Positions 9,806 through 19,878 of a stretch of 64,000 nucleotides of DNA are shown one piece after another. The position numbers and the translations under genes were made by a program. The stretch lies in IMG/VR virus record IMGVR_UViG_3300035180_001778, positions 124,001 to 188,000 of that record. The stretch is one strand, 5' to 3'. Positions within the stretch are counted from its first letter, which is position 1. Each line of letters opens with the position of its first letter. A model generated the notes under the pieces. The model made no database searches. It was not told the DNA's origin and saw only the letters and a list, made by a program, of their open reading frames with translations.

Positions 9806-12800
9806 TCACACCGAAGCGAGAGAAGCGATCTTGAGCTGAGCCTGCATGATTTCTTGCTGGAGCTTCCCGATCTGGTTCTGAACTTGTTGGATCAAGACCT
9901 GAGCACTCGGGGGCAGAGCCAAAAGCTCTGCCTTCAGATCGGCGATCTCGCCCTTGAGCTTCTGAATATCGCCCTGAAGCTGCGCCTTCTCAGCCCCCGC
10001 TCGAAGCTTGTCCCCGAAGTTCTGCCAGTTCGTGGCAAGGCTTGCCGAAGAGGAGTTGACCTGGTTGGCGATAGCTTCCGGGTCTCCCAGCTCCGCACGA
10101 TTCGGACTGGAGAAGGGCGGGTTGAAGTCCGAGATGGTGTTGGGCCCGAAAGGTCCTGAGCCGGAGTCTTGCTGTTCGGTGAGAATGTCTCCCCGGATGG
10201 CCTTCTCGTACTCTTGATGAGGCGCATCGAGAGCCTGGTAGAGAGTGTACAGGAACGTGTCGACCTTCGTTGCCACTTCAGCAGGACTCGGGACGGCCAA
10301 GTTGTCAGACACAGGGTCTCCGAGATTCGTGAGACCCTGGTTCCCGAAGAGAGACACCCCATCCGTCCCCGGCTGGAGAAGGCTGTTGTTGTCAGGTGCC
10401 GTCCCATTCAGGATCTTGACCTGGTAGCCCACGTTGATGAATGCGAGATCGGAGCGCCCGAGAGTGCAAGCGCACTTTTCGTCCGGGAGCGTCACATCCT
10501 TTGAGAGCGTCAGCTCCGCCAAGGTGAGCGCTCGGGAGAGCTGTCCTGCCTCGACGCTGGCCGGCACACCAACCTGCTCGGGAGACCCCAAGGGAGCGGA
10601 GTCCACAAAGTTGGTCCCCGTGTTCGTGAACTCCGCCTGCTTGGTGTCCGGGTTCATGATGCCGGCGGTCTGAAGGTCCTCCGGCTGAAGTCTTGCGACC
10701 GCATCAGCCGGACTGGCGTAGACCGAAACGACCGAAGTGAGCCCCTGGGATTGGGCATTCAAGGACGCGAATAGGTCCCCCGAGAGGGCGAGCTGAAGAT
10801 CCACGTTGGCCTTCTCGTTCACACCCCCAGACGCGACCAAGCTCCCATCTCGAAGAGACACCCCACGCCCATACCGGAAGTGCCCAATGACCTCGAAGCC
10901 GCGCTCATCCGACACAGGACGAATCATCGCCGTCGAGCCCGGGAAGGTCTTCGTCTTGGACTCGGGGGAGACCGTCAAGTTCTTCGTAGGAAGAAGGACA
11001 ATCTCCCCGATCACCTTGCTCTTGTCGTGGGCGTAGACGTAGACACCGGCCGAGTTGAGCCCGTACTGGTATCGGTTCGTCAGGTGCTTCTCTCGAAGCC
11101 GGTCCTCGTCGCCATTCACCAAGGCCTTGTCGAGGTAGTCCGAGAGAGCTTTCGCCGTCTGCTCGATCTTCGGCTTGACGCTCTTGTCCGTGTAGGGGTT
11201 GTACCCAGCCTTCTTCTGCCCCTTGTTCTTCGTCAAGTCGTCAGGCGACGGAGAGAACGGGCGCGTGTAAGCCATGACCACGTTGGGGTAGCCGACGAAT
11301 CGCCCCGTCTTCGGGTGACGTAGAATGAGAGGAGCGTAGGGATTGTCCTTCGTGACCCCCTGTGCTGAGGCGACATTGGGAGGAAGCTGAGCTGCTTCCC
11401 CGATCTTGAGGTTGAAGGCCCCTCCCTTCGAGAGCTGCTTCGAGGTGTAGGGCAGGGTCGTCTTCCCCACAGCAGGGGTACTCTGCCCCCCACTGGAGTC
11501 CTTCCAACCCGTCATCTCAATCGAGCCGATGCCCTTCGGAGCGAAGAACTTCTGCCGTTTCGCCGTCAACGTGAGCGTAGTTGTGGCCCGACCCCCAAAT
11601 TGGATATTGTGGGAGATGCCCGTGATATACCACACCTGGTCTTTGGGGGCGAGATAGATAGGGAACCCCAAACGCAGCTCAGGGCGCATAGGGATAGTCA
11701 CGGATGCTCGATGCCTCTTTGAATTAAGGCGGTCAAGGATATCGAGCCCATGGTAGAACATGAGCTGAGGATCCCCCAAAAACTCAGAGTTGTACGTGTG
11801 CGTACGCCAACCGTACTTCCGGAGAAGATGGTAGTCTGTGACAGAGGTGAAAGGAGTCACCTCTTGAGGCATCCCGTAATCGACAGAACCCCCAAAAGCA
11901 CCCTGCATCTGAACCTGGGTGATCACCTCAGCTTCAGAGTCAGATAGGTCCCAATCGATGATGTCAATGTCCTGGATCCAGGATAGAGGCTTGTTGCTCA
12001 AGACATCAAGGTTGTAGAAGGGGGGTTTGAACACGATGGATCCATCCGAGTCCATGTAGAACTCGAAGCCAATCGCTTCTTTCGCCGCGGTCGCCAGCTC
12101 CAGCTTCGTCTGATACTCGGACTGCCAGAAGTTGACCTGACCCGCGTTCTGGAACTGCGTCCGAAAGGCCACGACGCTGGGGTCCGTCGGGTCGAAGACC
12201 ATCTGCCCGCCGTCAGCCCCACCGTTGGCTGTCCGGACAGCCTGGGAAGCGAAGGGCTTGCCCACCGTCCCCTTCTTGCCAGCCCGGTATGCCTCATAGA
12301 GGGAGTCCCCTCGAACAGCGACTCCGTTGACTCCGTAGAGAACCAGCTTCGAGCGGATCCGGGAGAAGCGTTCTTCCCAGTAGAGCATGATGTCCGAGAG
12401 GGCTGAATCGAAGACTTGCTTCTGACCCCCCTGCTCCTTGTAGAGGCTGATCAGAGACCCTGTCCCAATGACGACGTCCCCAAAGGAGGACTGCGCCAAC
12501 GTCCAGATGACGTCGTAGGGATTCATCCCGAAGAAGACGTTGCCGAAAAGAGACCGGCCCGACTGCCCGGCAGCGGCCGTGAACGCCGGGTTGATGTTCA
12601 TCTTGCACAGCTCCCACCACTTGAGGATGTCGGAGCAGTGCAGACTCACGGTGTGCTCGCCACCGGCGTACGAATCGGAGACCTCCGTGATGATCCCCCA
12701 GAAGGTCGGGTAGTACTGAGGGACGCCCTCAACGAGATAGAACCCCTTCTTGTAAATCTCGACCTCCATCATTTCCGTGATGATGGGGTTGCCGTCAAAG

Positions 12801-13042
12801 TAGAAGTCGTCGACCGAGTGCCGAGGAATCGAGAGGGAGATCGTCGCCGACCCCGGAGCGCCGTCAACACTCAAGTCGGTCTGAATCGACGTGATGTACT
12901 TGTTCCAGTCGAAGCGCTTCCGACAACTCGGGCAGCCGACGATATCCGTCTCCCCGTTGATGTAGACGACCGCATCGGGCCCCATCACAACAGTGGGTCG
13001 AACTCCCCCCTGGTACGTACCCTGAAAAGGACCTCGCGGCAT
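9806..13042 (-). CDS. Baseplate hub protein (gp27/gp44-like)
   Basis: Hub-type motifs 'GFEFYMDSDGSIVFKPPFY' and 'RPELRLGFPI...WYITGISHNI'; between the tube initiators and the spike; C-terminal coiled coil. Confidence 0.7.
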   Translation of the reverse strand: MPRGPFQGTYQGGVRPTVVMGPDAVVYINGETDIVGCPSCRKRFDWNKYITSIQTDLSVDGAPGSATISLSIPRHSVDDFYFDGNPIITEMMEVEIYKKGFYLVEGVPQYYPTFWGIITEVSDSYAGGEHTVSLHCSDILKWWELCKMNINPAFTAAAGQSGRSLFGNVFFGMNPYDVIWTLAQSSFGDVVIGTGSLISLYKEQGGQKQVFDSALSDIMLYWEERFSRIRSKLVLYGVNGVAVRGDSLYEAYRAGKKGTVGKPFASQAVRTANGGADGGQMVFDPTDPSVVAFRTQFQNAGQVNFWQSEYQTKLELATAAKEAIGFEFYMDSDGSIVFKPPFYNLDVLSNKPLSWIQDIDIIDWDLSDSEAEVITQVQMQGAFGGSVDYGMPQEVTPFTSVTDYHLLRKYGWRTHTYNSEFLGDPQLMFYHGLDILDRLNSKRHRASVTIPMRPELRLGFPIYLAPKDQVWYITGISHNIQFGGRATTTLTLTAKRQKFFAPKGIGSIEMTGWKDSSGGQSTPAVGKTTLPYTSKQLSKGGAFNLKIGEAAQLPPNVASAQGVTKDNPYAPLILRHPKTGRFVGYPNVVMAYTRPFSPSPDDLTKNKGQKKAGYNPYTDKSVKPKIEQTAKALSDYLDKALVNGDEDRLREKHLTNRYQYGLNSAGVYVYAHDKSKVIGEIVLLPTKNLTVSPESKTKTFPGSTAMIRPVSDERGFEVIGHFRYGRGVSLRDGSLVASGGVNEKANVDLQLALSGDLFASLNAQSQGLTSVVSVYASPADAVARLQPEDLQTAGIMNPDTKQAEFTNTGTNFVDSAPLGSPEQVGVPASVEAGQLSRALTLAELTLSKDVTLPDEKCACTLGRSDLAFINVGYQVKILNGTAPDNNSLLQPGTDGVSLFGNQGLTNLGDPVSDNLAVPSPAEVATKVDTFLYTLYQALDAPHQEYEKAIRGDILTEQQDSGSGPFGPNTISDFNPPFSSPNRAELGDPEAIANQVNSSSASLATNWQNFGDKLRAGAEKAQLQGDIQKLKGEIADLKAELLALPPSAQVLIQQVQNQIGKLQQEIMQAQLKIASLASV

Positions 13043-13051
13043 TTATTCTTC

Positions 13052-14719
13052 CTACACCGAAGGTGTCCCCAAGGGAAATGACTTCGGGGCACCGTACGTG
13101 AAGTGGGGATCGGTTTGATCGAGGAGATAGGTGGCCCGCACACTGAACGAGAAGCTGTACTCCAGCGTGAACGGGCTCAGGTCGGATTCGGTGACGTTGA
13201 AGGAGTCGAAGGACCCGATGTAGATGATGTTGTCGTAGAAGATGTAGATCGACCCCACAAGGGCGAGATTGGTAGTCTTCTGCGTCTGGGTGGACGTGGC
13301 ATCCGGGAGCCACACGCCCCCGTTGTTGCGGTACAAGAGCCAGAGCGATAGGAAGTTCTGGTAGGAGAGGGAGAAGTTCCGAGCCATGCGAGTGAGCCCG
13401 GGGCTGTTGCCCACGCTCCCAAGGGATCCCCCGTTCGCATCGATCGCGTAGAACCCCGCGAGCTTCCCGGAGCCTTCGACCTTGTCTTGCTGCTCCCCCC
13501 AATGCTCGACGATGGGTCCGTTCCGACCCCAGTTCCCATCGGAGACGACCTTCTCCGAGGAGACCTTGAAGGACGCAGGGTTGACCAACATCCGTAGGGG
13601 AGGCGTGTTGGCCATCTGGTCGATGGCCAGCTTGACTGCTTTGGCAGCGGCTCTCTGCACGTCTTGGAACTTCTGCCCCAAGCCCGACGTATCGAGAGAC
13701 GTGTTCGCAGTCTTCGAGTTCTCCTTGGACGCCACCTGTGCGGAGGCACTACCCGACCCCTGCCACCCCGCAGTGGAGTCCGCGTTGACGGGGTGGGTGT
13801 TTGCATCAATGTCCACCCCTGAGAGCATCTTGTCGAGGTCTACCAAGGCGTACAGATGGAGGCCGTCGCCCCCGACTAGGTCCTTGCCTCCCGCTCGATG
13901 CACCTCCCACGAGCCATCTTCCTGTCGAGTCCACACCCGATCGGATCTGGAGATGCCCCTGTACCCAGCAACATTCTGCCCGCCGCTGATATCCCGTTCT
14001 GTGAAGTACCCAGCTTCGGCAGACCCCGAGGTGATGGTCTCGATGATCGCCATGTGTTGCTGCCCACCCGTGATGTAGAAGATATCCCCGGGTTTGGGGG
14101 TCACTGAGAACTTGCCGAACTTGTCGAGGCGAGCCCCCTTTCGGGCGGCAATCGCCAGGACATCAGCGTTCGCCATGCTCCACTTGTAGGGGTTCGTCAG
14201 CTCCGGCTCATTGAGCCCCAGTTCGCGTAGCCAGCCTCGTACGGTGATCGCACACGAGGCCTGTTCCGAAAGAGCGACTGCCGTTGAAAGAGGATCGATC
14301 GCCGGGTCCGCGAGGAGATTCAGGTAGCGTTCATTTGTCGAGGCATTCGTGCTGAGACCCACATAACTCTGGGCAAGTGCCAGAGCCTTGTCCCGGGCAT
14401 CCTGGTTGAAGCCAGCGTTGGAGCCCCCCGAGGTGCCAGAGCTTGTCCCCGCTGCGGGCGTCCCGAGAATCGACGAAAGAGAGGCCGACCGATCCAGGTT
14501 GCGCCCCGTCACGTTCGCCGAAGGAGGGAGAACCCCGATGATGAAGGGCTTCACATTCTTCGCAGAAAAAGGGATCTGCGAAAGAGGGATGTACTCCGCG
14601 GACAGGTAGTCAGACGTGGTGCTGAGCGAGGAGAAGAACGAGAGCAGGTTGTAGATGTTCGGCGGGTGATAGTCCGCCGTCTGCTCAATCTGCTTCGCGA
14701 TACTGTTCTCGTTTGCCAT
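13052..14719 (-). CDS. Tail tube-initiator-like protein with internal CHAP/NlpC-P60-like domain
   Basis: Likely start MANENS; 'SCAITVRGWL...PKPGDIFYI...HMAIIE' resembles a Cys/His amidase; C-terminus (VNPASF...EHWGEQ...YIGSFDSFNVTESD.SPF) is paralogous to 15321-15968. Confidence 0.6.
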   Translation of the reverse strand: MANENSIAKQIEQTADYHPPNIYNLLSFFSSLSTTSDYLSAEYIPLSQIPFSAKNVKPFIIGVLPPSANVTGRNLDRSASLSSILGTPAAGTSSGTSGGSNAGFNQDARDKALALAQSYVGLSTNASTNERYLNLLADPAIDPLSTAVALSEQASCAITVRGWLRELGLNEPELTNPYKWSMANADVLAIAARKGARLDKFGKFSVTPKPGDIFYITGGQQHMAIIETITSGSAEAGYFTERDISGGQNVAGYRGISRSDRVWTRQEDGSWEVHRAGGKDLVGGDGLHLYALVDLDKMLSGVDIDANTHPVNADSTAGWQGSGSASAQVASKENSKTANTSLDTSGLGQKFQDVQRAAAKAVKLAIDQMANTPPLRMLVNPASFKVSSEKVVSDGNWGRNGPIVEHWGEQQDKVEGSGKLAGFYAIDANGGSLGSVGNSPGLTRMARNFSLSYQNFLSLWLLYRNNGGVWLPDATSTQTQKTTNLALVGSIYIFYDNIIYIGSFDSFNVTESDLSPFTLEYSFSFSVRATYLLDQTDPHFTYGAPKSFPLGTPSV

Positions 14720-14721
14720 GG

Positions 14722-15324
14722 TCAGAACCGTACTGCTTCGAGTACACGACACGCAACAGAAGGAAGAGTCAAAACCTCTCCCTCATAGACTTCGCCACTA
14801 AACATCTCAATTGAATCAGAGCGAACAGCAATTTCAGCGAATGCCTGCTTGTGTCTCCCACACAAGATGCTGAAGGCATCTATATCAACGATGATTTCAT
14901 CACTAGACGCGTGCGCAGAGCACAAGGCACCCCCATTCCAATCCTGCCGAGACTCTGTTGCAAATCCGATCCCAGAAAACCATCGAGCTGTTCTTTCGAC
15001 AGTGCTCCATTGAAGTACCTTGTTCGGCCGACTCAAGACAGAACCCACTTCAGGAAGTGGGTCTTGATGTGTCAACCTACGCCCATAAAACAAGGACACA
15101 GAGGAAGGATTGACGAATGTTTTCAACCATTTGCGGAACTTGACGTCCGCCTTCCAAGCCTTGTAAACCCAGTCCAAAGCAGTTGGACGGCTATTCCCCA
15201 TACAACTGGCAAGACCCACACTGAAATTACGTAGAGAGTCTTTCTCTCGGTCCCCCAAAATGGCAAAGGGGTCCTCCGAGGACCAGAATCTCTTCGCGAC
15301 GCGATCCGTGATTGCCATGGTCAT
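14722..15324 (-). CDS. Putative ADP-ribosyltransferase-fold protein
   Basis: Motifs LFYGRR / QWSTVERTARWF / YEGEVL in ART-like order; lower GC than flanks; N-terminal DRVAKRF tag. Confidence 0.4.
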   Translation of the reverse strand: MTMAITDRVAKRFWSSEDPFAILGDREKDSLRNFSVGLASCMGNSRPTALDWVYKAWKADVKFRKWLKTFVNPSSVSLFYGRRLTHQDPLPEVGSVLSRPNKVLQWSTVERTARWFSGIGFATESRQDWNGGALCSAHASSDEIIVDIDAFSILCGRHKQAFAEIAVRSDSIEMFSGEVYEGEVLTLPSVACRVLEAVRF

Positions 15325-15968
15325 TGCCCCCGAGCAGAGTTTTGACTCTGGAAGAAGGGTCCTCCCATTCGAGGTGCTTGGCCTGTAGGAATCTGGAGCA
15401 AGGTCTCTTCCACCTTGAAAGTCCAGTTCAAGGCGAAGGAGAATGGCGCTGCATCGGTCTCCTCGACGTCGAAGGATCGGAAGGTGCCAATATAGACGCC
15501 TCTATCGAAGAGGAGCATGATGTTGCCCTGGAGAACGATGTTGCCCGCCGGGTCATAGACCGACCCGTTGTTGTGGTAGAGGTCGTAGAGATCCCGGTAG
15601 CGATCCCAGGCAATGGTCTGTTGCCGGACGACGCTGGAGAGCCCCGTGTAGAGATTCATGAAGGCGCCCGTCGAGCCGTCACAGGAGATTTCCTCCAGCT
15701 CGTCTCCCCAGTGTTGCTCGATGTACCCCCCTCGCGTCTGGATCTTCTCGACCTTCTTGTTGTGGGTGAAGGCCATGTTCGCGGGGTTGACGTGGAGAAC
15801 CAGCGCATGGGGGAGCAGCGCCAGGTGACGGTTGAACGGGCTCGTCACCTGGAAGGCCATGGGGATCGACCCCTTGCGCTTCTCCGCTGGATGGCTGTAG
15901 CCAACGTTCTCGCTCGGAGCGTCGAGAATCGGGAGGTCAGTGATGTTGGCGGACGGGATCCGAGGCAT
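15321..15968 (-). CDS. Tail tube initiator / baseplate-tube junction protein (gp48/gp54-like)
   Basis: VNPANM...KIQTRGGYIEQHWGDELEEISCDGST motif; first minus-strand gene after the tape measure. Confidence 0.65.
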   Translation of the reverse strand: MPRIPSANITDLPILDAPSENVGYSHPAEKRKGSIPMAFQVTSPFNRHLALLPHALVLHVNPANMAFTHNKKVEKIQTRGGYIEQHWGDELEEISCDGSTGAFMNLYTGLSSVVRQQTIAWDRYRDLYDLYHNNGSVYDPAGNIVLQGNIMLLFDRGVYIGTFRSFDVEETDAAPFSFALNWTFKVEETLLQIPTGQAPRMGGPFFQSQNSARGQ

Positions 15969-15996
15969 CTACCCCTAGCTGGTGTATAGGTGCCCC

Positions 15997-16194
15997 ATGA
16001 GCGAACGCCTTACACTGTGCCCGGAATGTAAATCTCGTCGGGTGTCAACCGTGAAGGTTTTGAACCCCGAAACCAGCGACATGAATTGCAACGCGGATCT
16101 GAAGTGTGAAGAACCCGCGTGCGGACATCTCTGGGTTGGCCGAGTCACGAGCCCGCATTACAAGAAGCTCCGCGACTCCGGGCGAATCATCTGA
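15997..16194 (+). CDS. Small zinc-ribbon protein
   Basis: CPEC...CEEPACGH; ATG 10 nt after GGTGTA. Confidence 0.65.
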   Translation: MSERLTLCPECKSRRVSTVKVLNPETSDMNCNADLKCEEPACGHLWVGRVTSPHYKKLRDSGRII

Positions 16195-16200
16195 GGACCC

Positions 16201-16440
16201 ATGGATGACGACCTGTATTCCTACTGGTCTCTTTGGGTCTTCCCCCCGCGGCCCAAAGAGACCCCCCACGAGATAATCAGGCGTGCAATCGCAAACTTCG
16301 CGCTGCCCTTGCCTCTGATACGGAGCCGAGAGGCCCCGACCTATGGACGGCGTGGTCCCATAGGTCCTTATGCGGGGGCTCGAAGGACTTTCCTCGTCGA
16401 GGATCTGCCTGACTTCCCGATCATTGATCGAGATCCCTGA
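16201..16440 (+). CDS. Small protein with capsid-like C-terminal peptide
   Basis: GAGGA RBS; ends RRTFLVEDLPDFPIIDRDP. Confidence 0.55.
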   Translation: MDDDLYSYWSLWVFPPRPKETPHEIIRRAIANFALPLPLIRSREAPTYGRRGPIGPYAGARRTFLVEDLPDFPIIDRDP

Positions 16441-19400
16441 TCAGCGGTTCTTCTTCGCGCCTTCGTTCTCGTAGAAGGTGTTCGAGGCCTCTGCTCGAAC
16501 CAACCGTTTGAGATCGCCGCGCAGCTCCAGGACGATCTTCTGCGTCCCCGAACCCCCACCCGCGGGGACGATCTTCTCCCCAACCCCAATCGAAGCCAGG
16601 CCTTCCCCCGGAGCGGGGCGAAGTTGAGCCATGCCGTTGGCCACGGCTGAGACAACGCCTCCTGTGGCGTTCGCCGAGAGCTGGGTGATGGCGGTGTCCG
16701 CTGTGATGCCCTGTCCGAGCTTGTCGGCGAGTGCAGCCCCAAGGCCCCGTCCGGAGATGCCCCCCTGGACAGCCTTGCTCACGGATTCCTGCTTCAGATC
16801 CTTGTAGAGGTAGTACTCGTAGAGCCCCTGACGGAGCGCTTCGAGGAACGAGTCCTCCATCTGCTGTCCCATCTTGTTCTTCAAGAAGGCCTTGTCGATG
16901 ACAATGCCCTGCTTGCGCAGCGTGTCCTGAGCCCCATCGAGACCCTTGATCACATGGTCTTGCTGGCCAGCCGTGGGGGCATCCTTCGGCAGCGGGGGAG
17001 CCCCAGGAGCAGCTCCTCCAGCCGCTCCCGGAGGAAGCGGAGGACCTGACACCCCAGGGGGCATAGCTTGAGGGGGTGCCTCTTGCGGGGCCGGACTGTC
17101 AGGGCTACTCGAAGGAGACGTAGAACCACCCGTCATGGCCTTGAGGTCGGGGAATATCTTGGCCAACTTGGTGGGGTCCATCTCCCAGCCGAGCTTGGCC
17201 ATGATCTTGTCCATGTCATCCTTGCTGAATTTGGACGTATCGATCGACCCGTCGAACCCCACGATACCTGCCTTGCCCTTCTTCTGGTTCATGAACTCTT
17301 GACGAGTGCCGGGGTCCAACTTCAGACGGTCTGCCTCCTTGTTGGCTGCATCGAGCTTGTCCTGTCCTCCGTAGAGTCCGCCTTCCCCCAAAGCATCAAT
17401 GACAGCCCGACGCATCTCTTGAGGGCTTGCGTTTTCCTGCATCTTCCGCTGGGCAGCCTGCCCGCTTTGACCTCCCTTGGTCATCGCGTCCACAATCTGC
17501 TTCATCCCCTGCGACTGCATCAGCTCGCCACGGAACTTGAACTCATCCCCACCAGAAGCTCCCAACGCCTTTTGGGTATCGGAATCCTTGCCCTCGCGGA
17601 CGGTTTTCGAGAGGTCCCGCTGCTTCCTCTTCTCGTCGTTGCCGAAGATTTTGGAGTCGACCAAGGCGTCCCAAATTCCGGTCAACACCGTGTAGATTTG
17701 ATTCATGATGAACTCGGCGACGTTGCCGATCTTGTCCATCAAGCTCGTCTGGAACTTGCCGGTCTCCTTGGCGTAATCGATCTGCTTCGCGCCATCCTTG
17801 AGGGCGTCCTGCTCCGACTGATCCAGGGTCGCCAAGATGTCGTCATAGCCCGCCGTGTCGATATCGGCCGCTGCCACTCCGGCCTTGTCGAGGCGCTTCA
17901 TTGCAGCGGCTTGCTTGTCCCCGCCAGCCTTGAGGTCCGCCTTCAGCTCGTCCCGCTGCTCGTCGATGGCCTCCTCGAACTTGGCCATCTGGGCGAGCTG
18001 GTCCTCACTGATCCCGTTCGCATCCGCAAGCATCTCGGTCCCGAGATCCCCACGCCGGTCCCGGAGCTTCCCCGACCCTCCGATGTTGAGCGCAGACTTC
18101 ATCGACTGAAGGGCTGCGCCAGGGCCGAGGTTGCGTCCCGCCACAGAGGATCCGAAGACCCCCTTCTTGTTGGCTTTGGCGTCCATCCGCATCTCGGAGA
18201 TGGCCTCATGAAGCGTCCCCTGAGCTTCCTTGGAGACCCCCTGCATGAGTTCCTTGATGGGCTTCGACATGAGGTCTTCGCGAGAATACCCAGCCTTCCC
18301 GCCGGCTTCCGCGATCTTCCCACTGACGTCCTTGGACTTACGGTCAAGGTCCTTCTCGACCATGCCGCCCATCTTGCCGCCTCCGAGGAGGTTCGTCTTG
18401 AGACGCTCGACGCGACCCATCCCCTTGAGGGCCTGCGTCGCCGTCTGCATGAACTTCTGGGCGTTCCTTGGGCTCATCACCTTGCCCAAGAGGCCGAGGA
18501 TCTTGACGGCGTCTTCCATCCGAGTGTTGTAGAGAGCCAGGTCCGCGGAGACTCCTCGGATGATCCCGAAGAACTTGTTGCTCGCGATCCCTCCGTCCTC
18601 CGCTGCCCTGCTCATCTGCGTGAAGTTCAGCTCGACGCTCTTGAGCCCCATCCCCATGTCCGTCATCATCTCCGCTTGGAGATTGCCGATGTCAGAGAGG
18701 CTCACGCCAAGATTCCGTGAGTAAGCCACTGCCATCTGGACAGTCGAGCCAAAGCTCTTCGCGTAGCCGGCTGCTTCTTTCGATGACTTCGACGTCGCCT
18801 CGAAGTCATCGTTGAGGCGGCGCAAAGAGACACCCTCGGCTGTGAGGGAGCTGAGGACAGCCTTGTGGGTATCCTTGTTGATACCCCACGACATGTTGTC
18901 GAGACTCGTCGCCTGGTCACGGATCTTCTTGAGGGTGTCCCCGAGTTCTCCTGCTCCGGCATTGACGTTGTTGAAGTTCGAGTAGAGGAAAGAAGCGGAT
19001 CCCGACGTGGCTAGGATTTCCTTGTTGAAGTCTTTCGCCGCTGCCTCTGCGTCCACGAAGAGCTTGACGAGACCCACCATGACGGTGCTCACGACGCCGA
19101 GAAGGGGCCCGAGCTTCGAGACGATGTCGAGGATGGGTGCGAGCCCACCGGCCAGCTTCCCGACCCCCTGCATGGCCCCGCCGCCAGCCACCTGAGCCGC
19201 GCCCCCGAGCTTGCCCATGATGCCGCCACGGGCCATGGACATCTTGCCCTTGGACATCATGGATGCGCCAGCTCGCTCGCCAAACTTGCCGCCGACCTTG
19301 GCAAGCCAAGACCCGCCCTTGAAGACGCCCTCGACGCCCTTCCCCAAGAGCTTCCCGCCAGACTCGAAAGCTCCGGGAAGGTCCTTCGAGATAAGGCGAT

Positions 19401-19878
19401 CGATGGGTTCGTACAGCTCTTGACCAGCTTCCTTCATCGCACCGACGAATTCATCCTTGTCAAAAACGATGCGCGTCTCCAGGTCCTCCTTGACCCGAGT
19501 CATGGTGTCGAGAGCCTTCTCCCGAGCATCCCGCAGCTTCTCCCAGTCCTTGATCTCCTTCTCGACGTTCTTGCGGCTATCCCCAGAAGCGGATGCCAAT
19601 TTACCCCGGCTCCGTTCAAGCTCGTGGTTGATGTCCGCGATCGAACGCTCCAGCTTGTTGTAGGACTTCGTGACGTCCTTGAGCATCGGGATGGCAGTAC
19701 GTCGAACGGTGACGTACTGGTGTGCGAACTTCTCGATGCCCTTGTTGAGCTTCTTCGCGCCCTTGTCGAGGTCGGTAGTTCGCGCCGAGATCGCCTTCTC
19801 CAGGCGGTCCATGTCGCGTTTTGCGTCTTTGGTATCGAGGTCTACTCGAAGCCCAAGAACTTCCAAGCTCGTTGCCAT
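16441..19878 (-). CDS. Tape measure protein
   Basis: 1145 aa, helical and A/G/K/M-rich with a hydrophobic segment; downstream of the tube and chaperones. Confidence 0.8.
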   Translation of the reverse strand: MATSLEVLGLRVDLDTKDAKRDMDRLEKAISARTTDLDKGAKKLNKGIEKFAHQYVTVRRTAIPMLKDVTKSYNKLERSIADINHELERSRGKLASASGDSRKNVEKEIKDWEKLRDAREKALDTMTRVKEDLETRIVFDKDEFVGAMKEAGQELYEPIDRLISKDLPGAFESGGKLLGKGVEGVFKGGSWLAKVGGKFGERAGASMMSKGKMSMARGGIMGKLGGAAQVAGGGAMQGVGKLAGGLAPILDIVSKLGPLLGVVSTVMVGLVKLFVDAEAAAKDFNKEILATSGSASFLYSNFNNVNAGAGELGDTLKKIRDQATSLDNMSWGINKDTHKAVLSSLTAEGVSLRRLNDDFEATSKSSKEAAGYAKSFGSTVQMAVAYSRNLGVSLSDIGNLQAEMMTDMGMGLKSVELNFTQMSRAAEDGGIASNKFFGIIRGVSADLALYNTRMEDAVKILGLLGKVMSPRNAQKFMQTATQALKGMGRVERLKTNLLGGGKMGGMVEKDLDRKSKDVSGKIAEAGGKAGYSREDLMSKPIKELMQGVSKEAQGTLHEAISEMRMDAKANKKGVFGSSVAGRNLGPGAALQSMKSALNIGGSGKLRDRRGDLGTEMLADANGISEDQLAQMAKFEEAIDEQRDELKADLKAGGDKQAAAMKRLDKAGVAAADIDTAGYDDILATLDQSEQDALKDGAKQIDYAKETGKFQTSLMDKIGNVAEFIMNQIYTVLTGIWDALVDSKIFGNDEKRKQRDLSKTVREGKDSDTQKALGASGGDEFKFRGELMQSQGMKQIVDAMTKGGQSGQAAQRKMQENASPQEMRRAVIDALGEGGLYGGQDKLDAANKEADRLKLDPGTRQEFMNQKKGKAGIVGFDGSIDTSKFSKDDMDKIMAKLGWEMDPTKLAKIFPDLKAMTGGSTSPSSSPDSPAPQEAPPQAMPPGVSGPPLPPGAAGGAAPGAPPLPKDAPTAGQQDHVIKGLDGAQDTLRKQGIVIDKAFLKNKMGQQMEDSFLEALRQGLYEYYLYKDLKQESVSKAVQGGISGRGLGAALADKLGQGITADTAITQLSANATGGVVSAVANGMAQLRPAPGEGLASIGVGEKIVPAGGGSGTQKIVLELRGDLKRLVRAEASNTFYENEGAKKNR

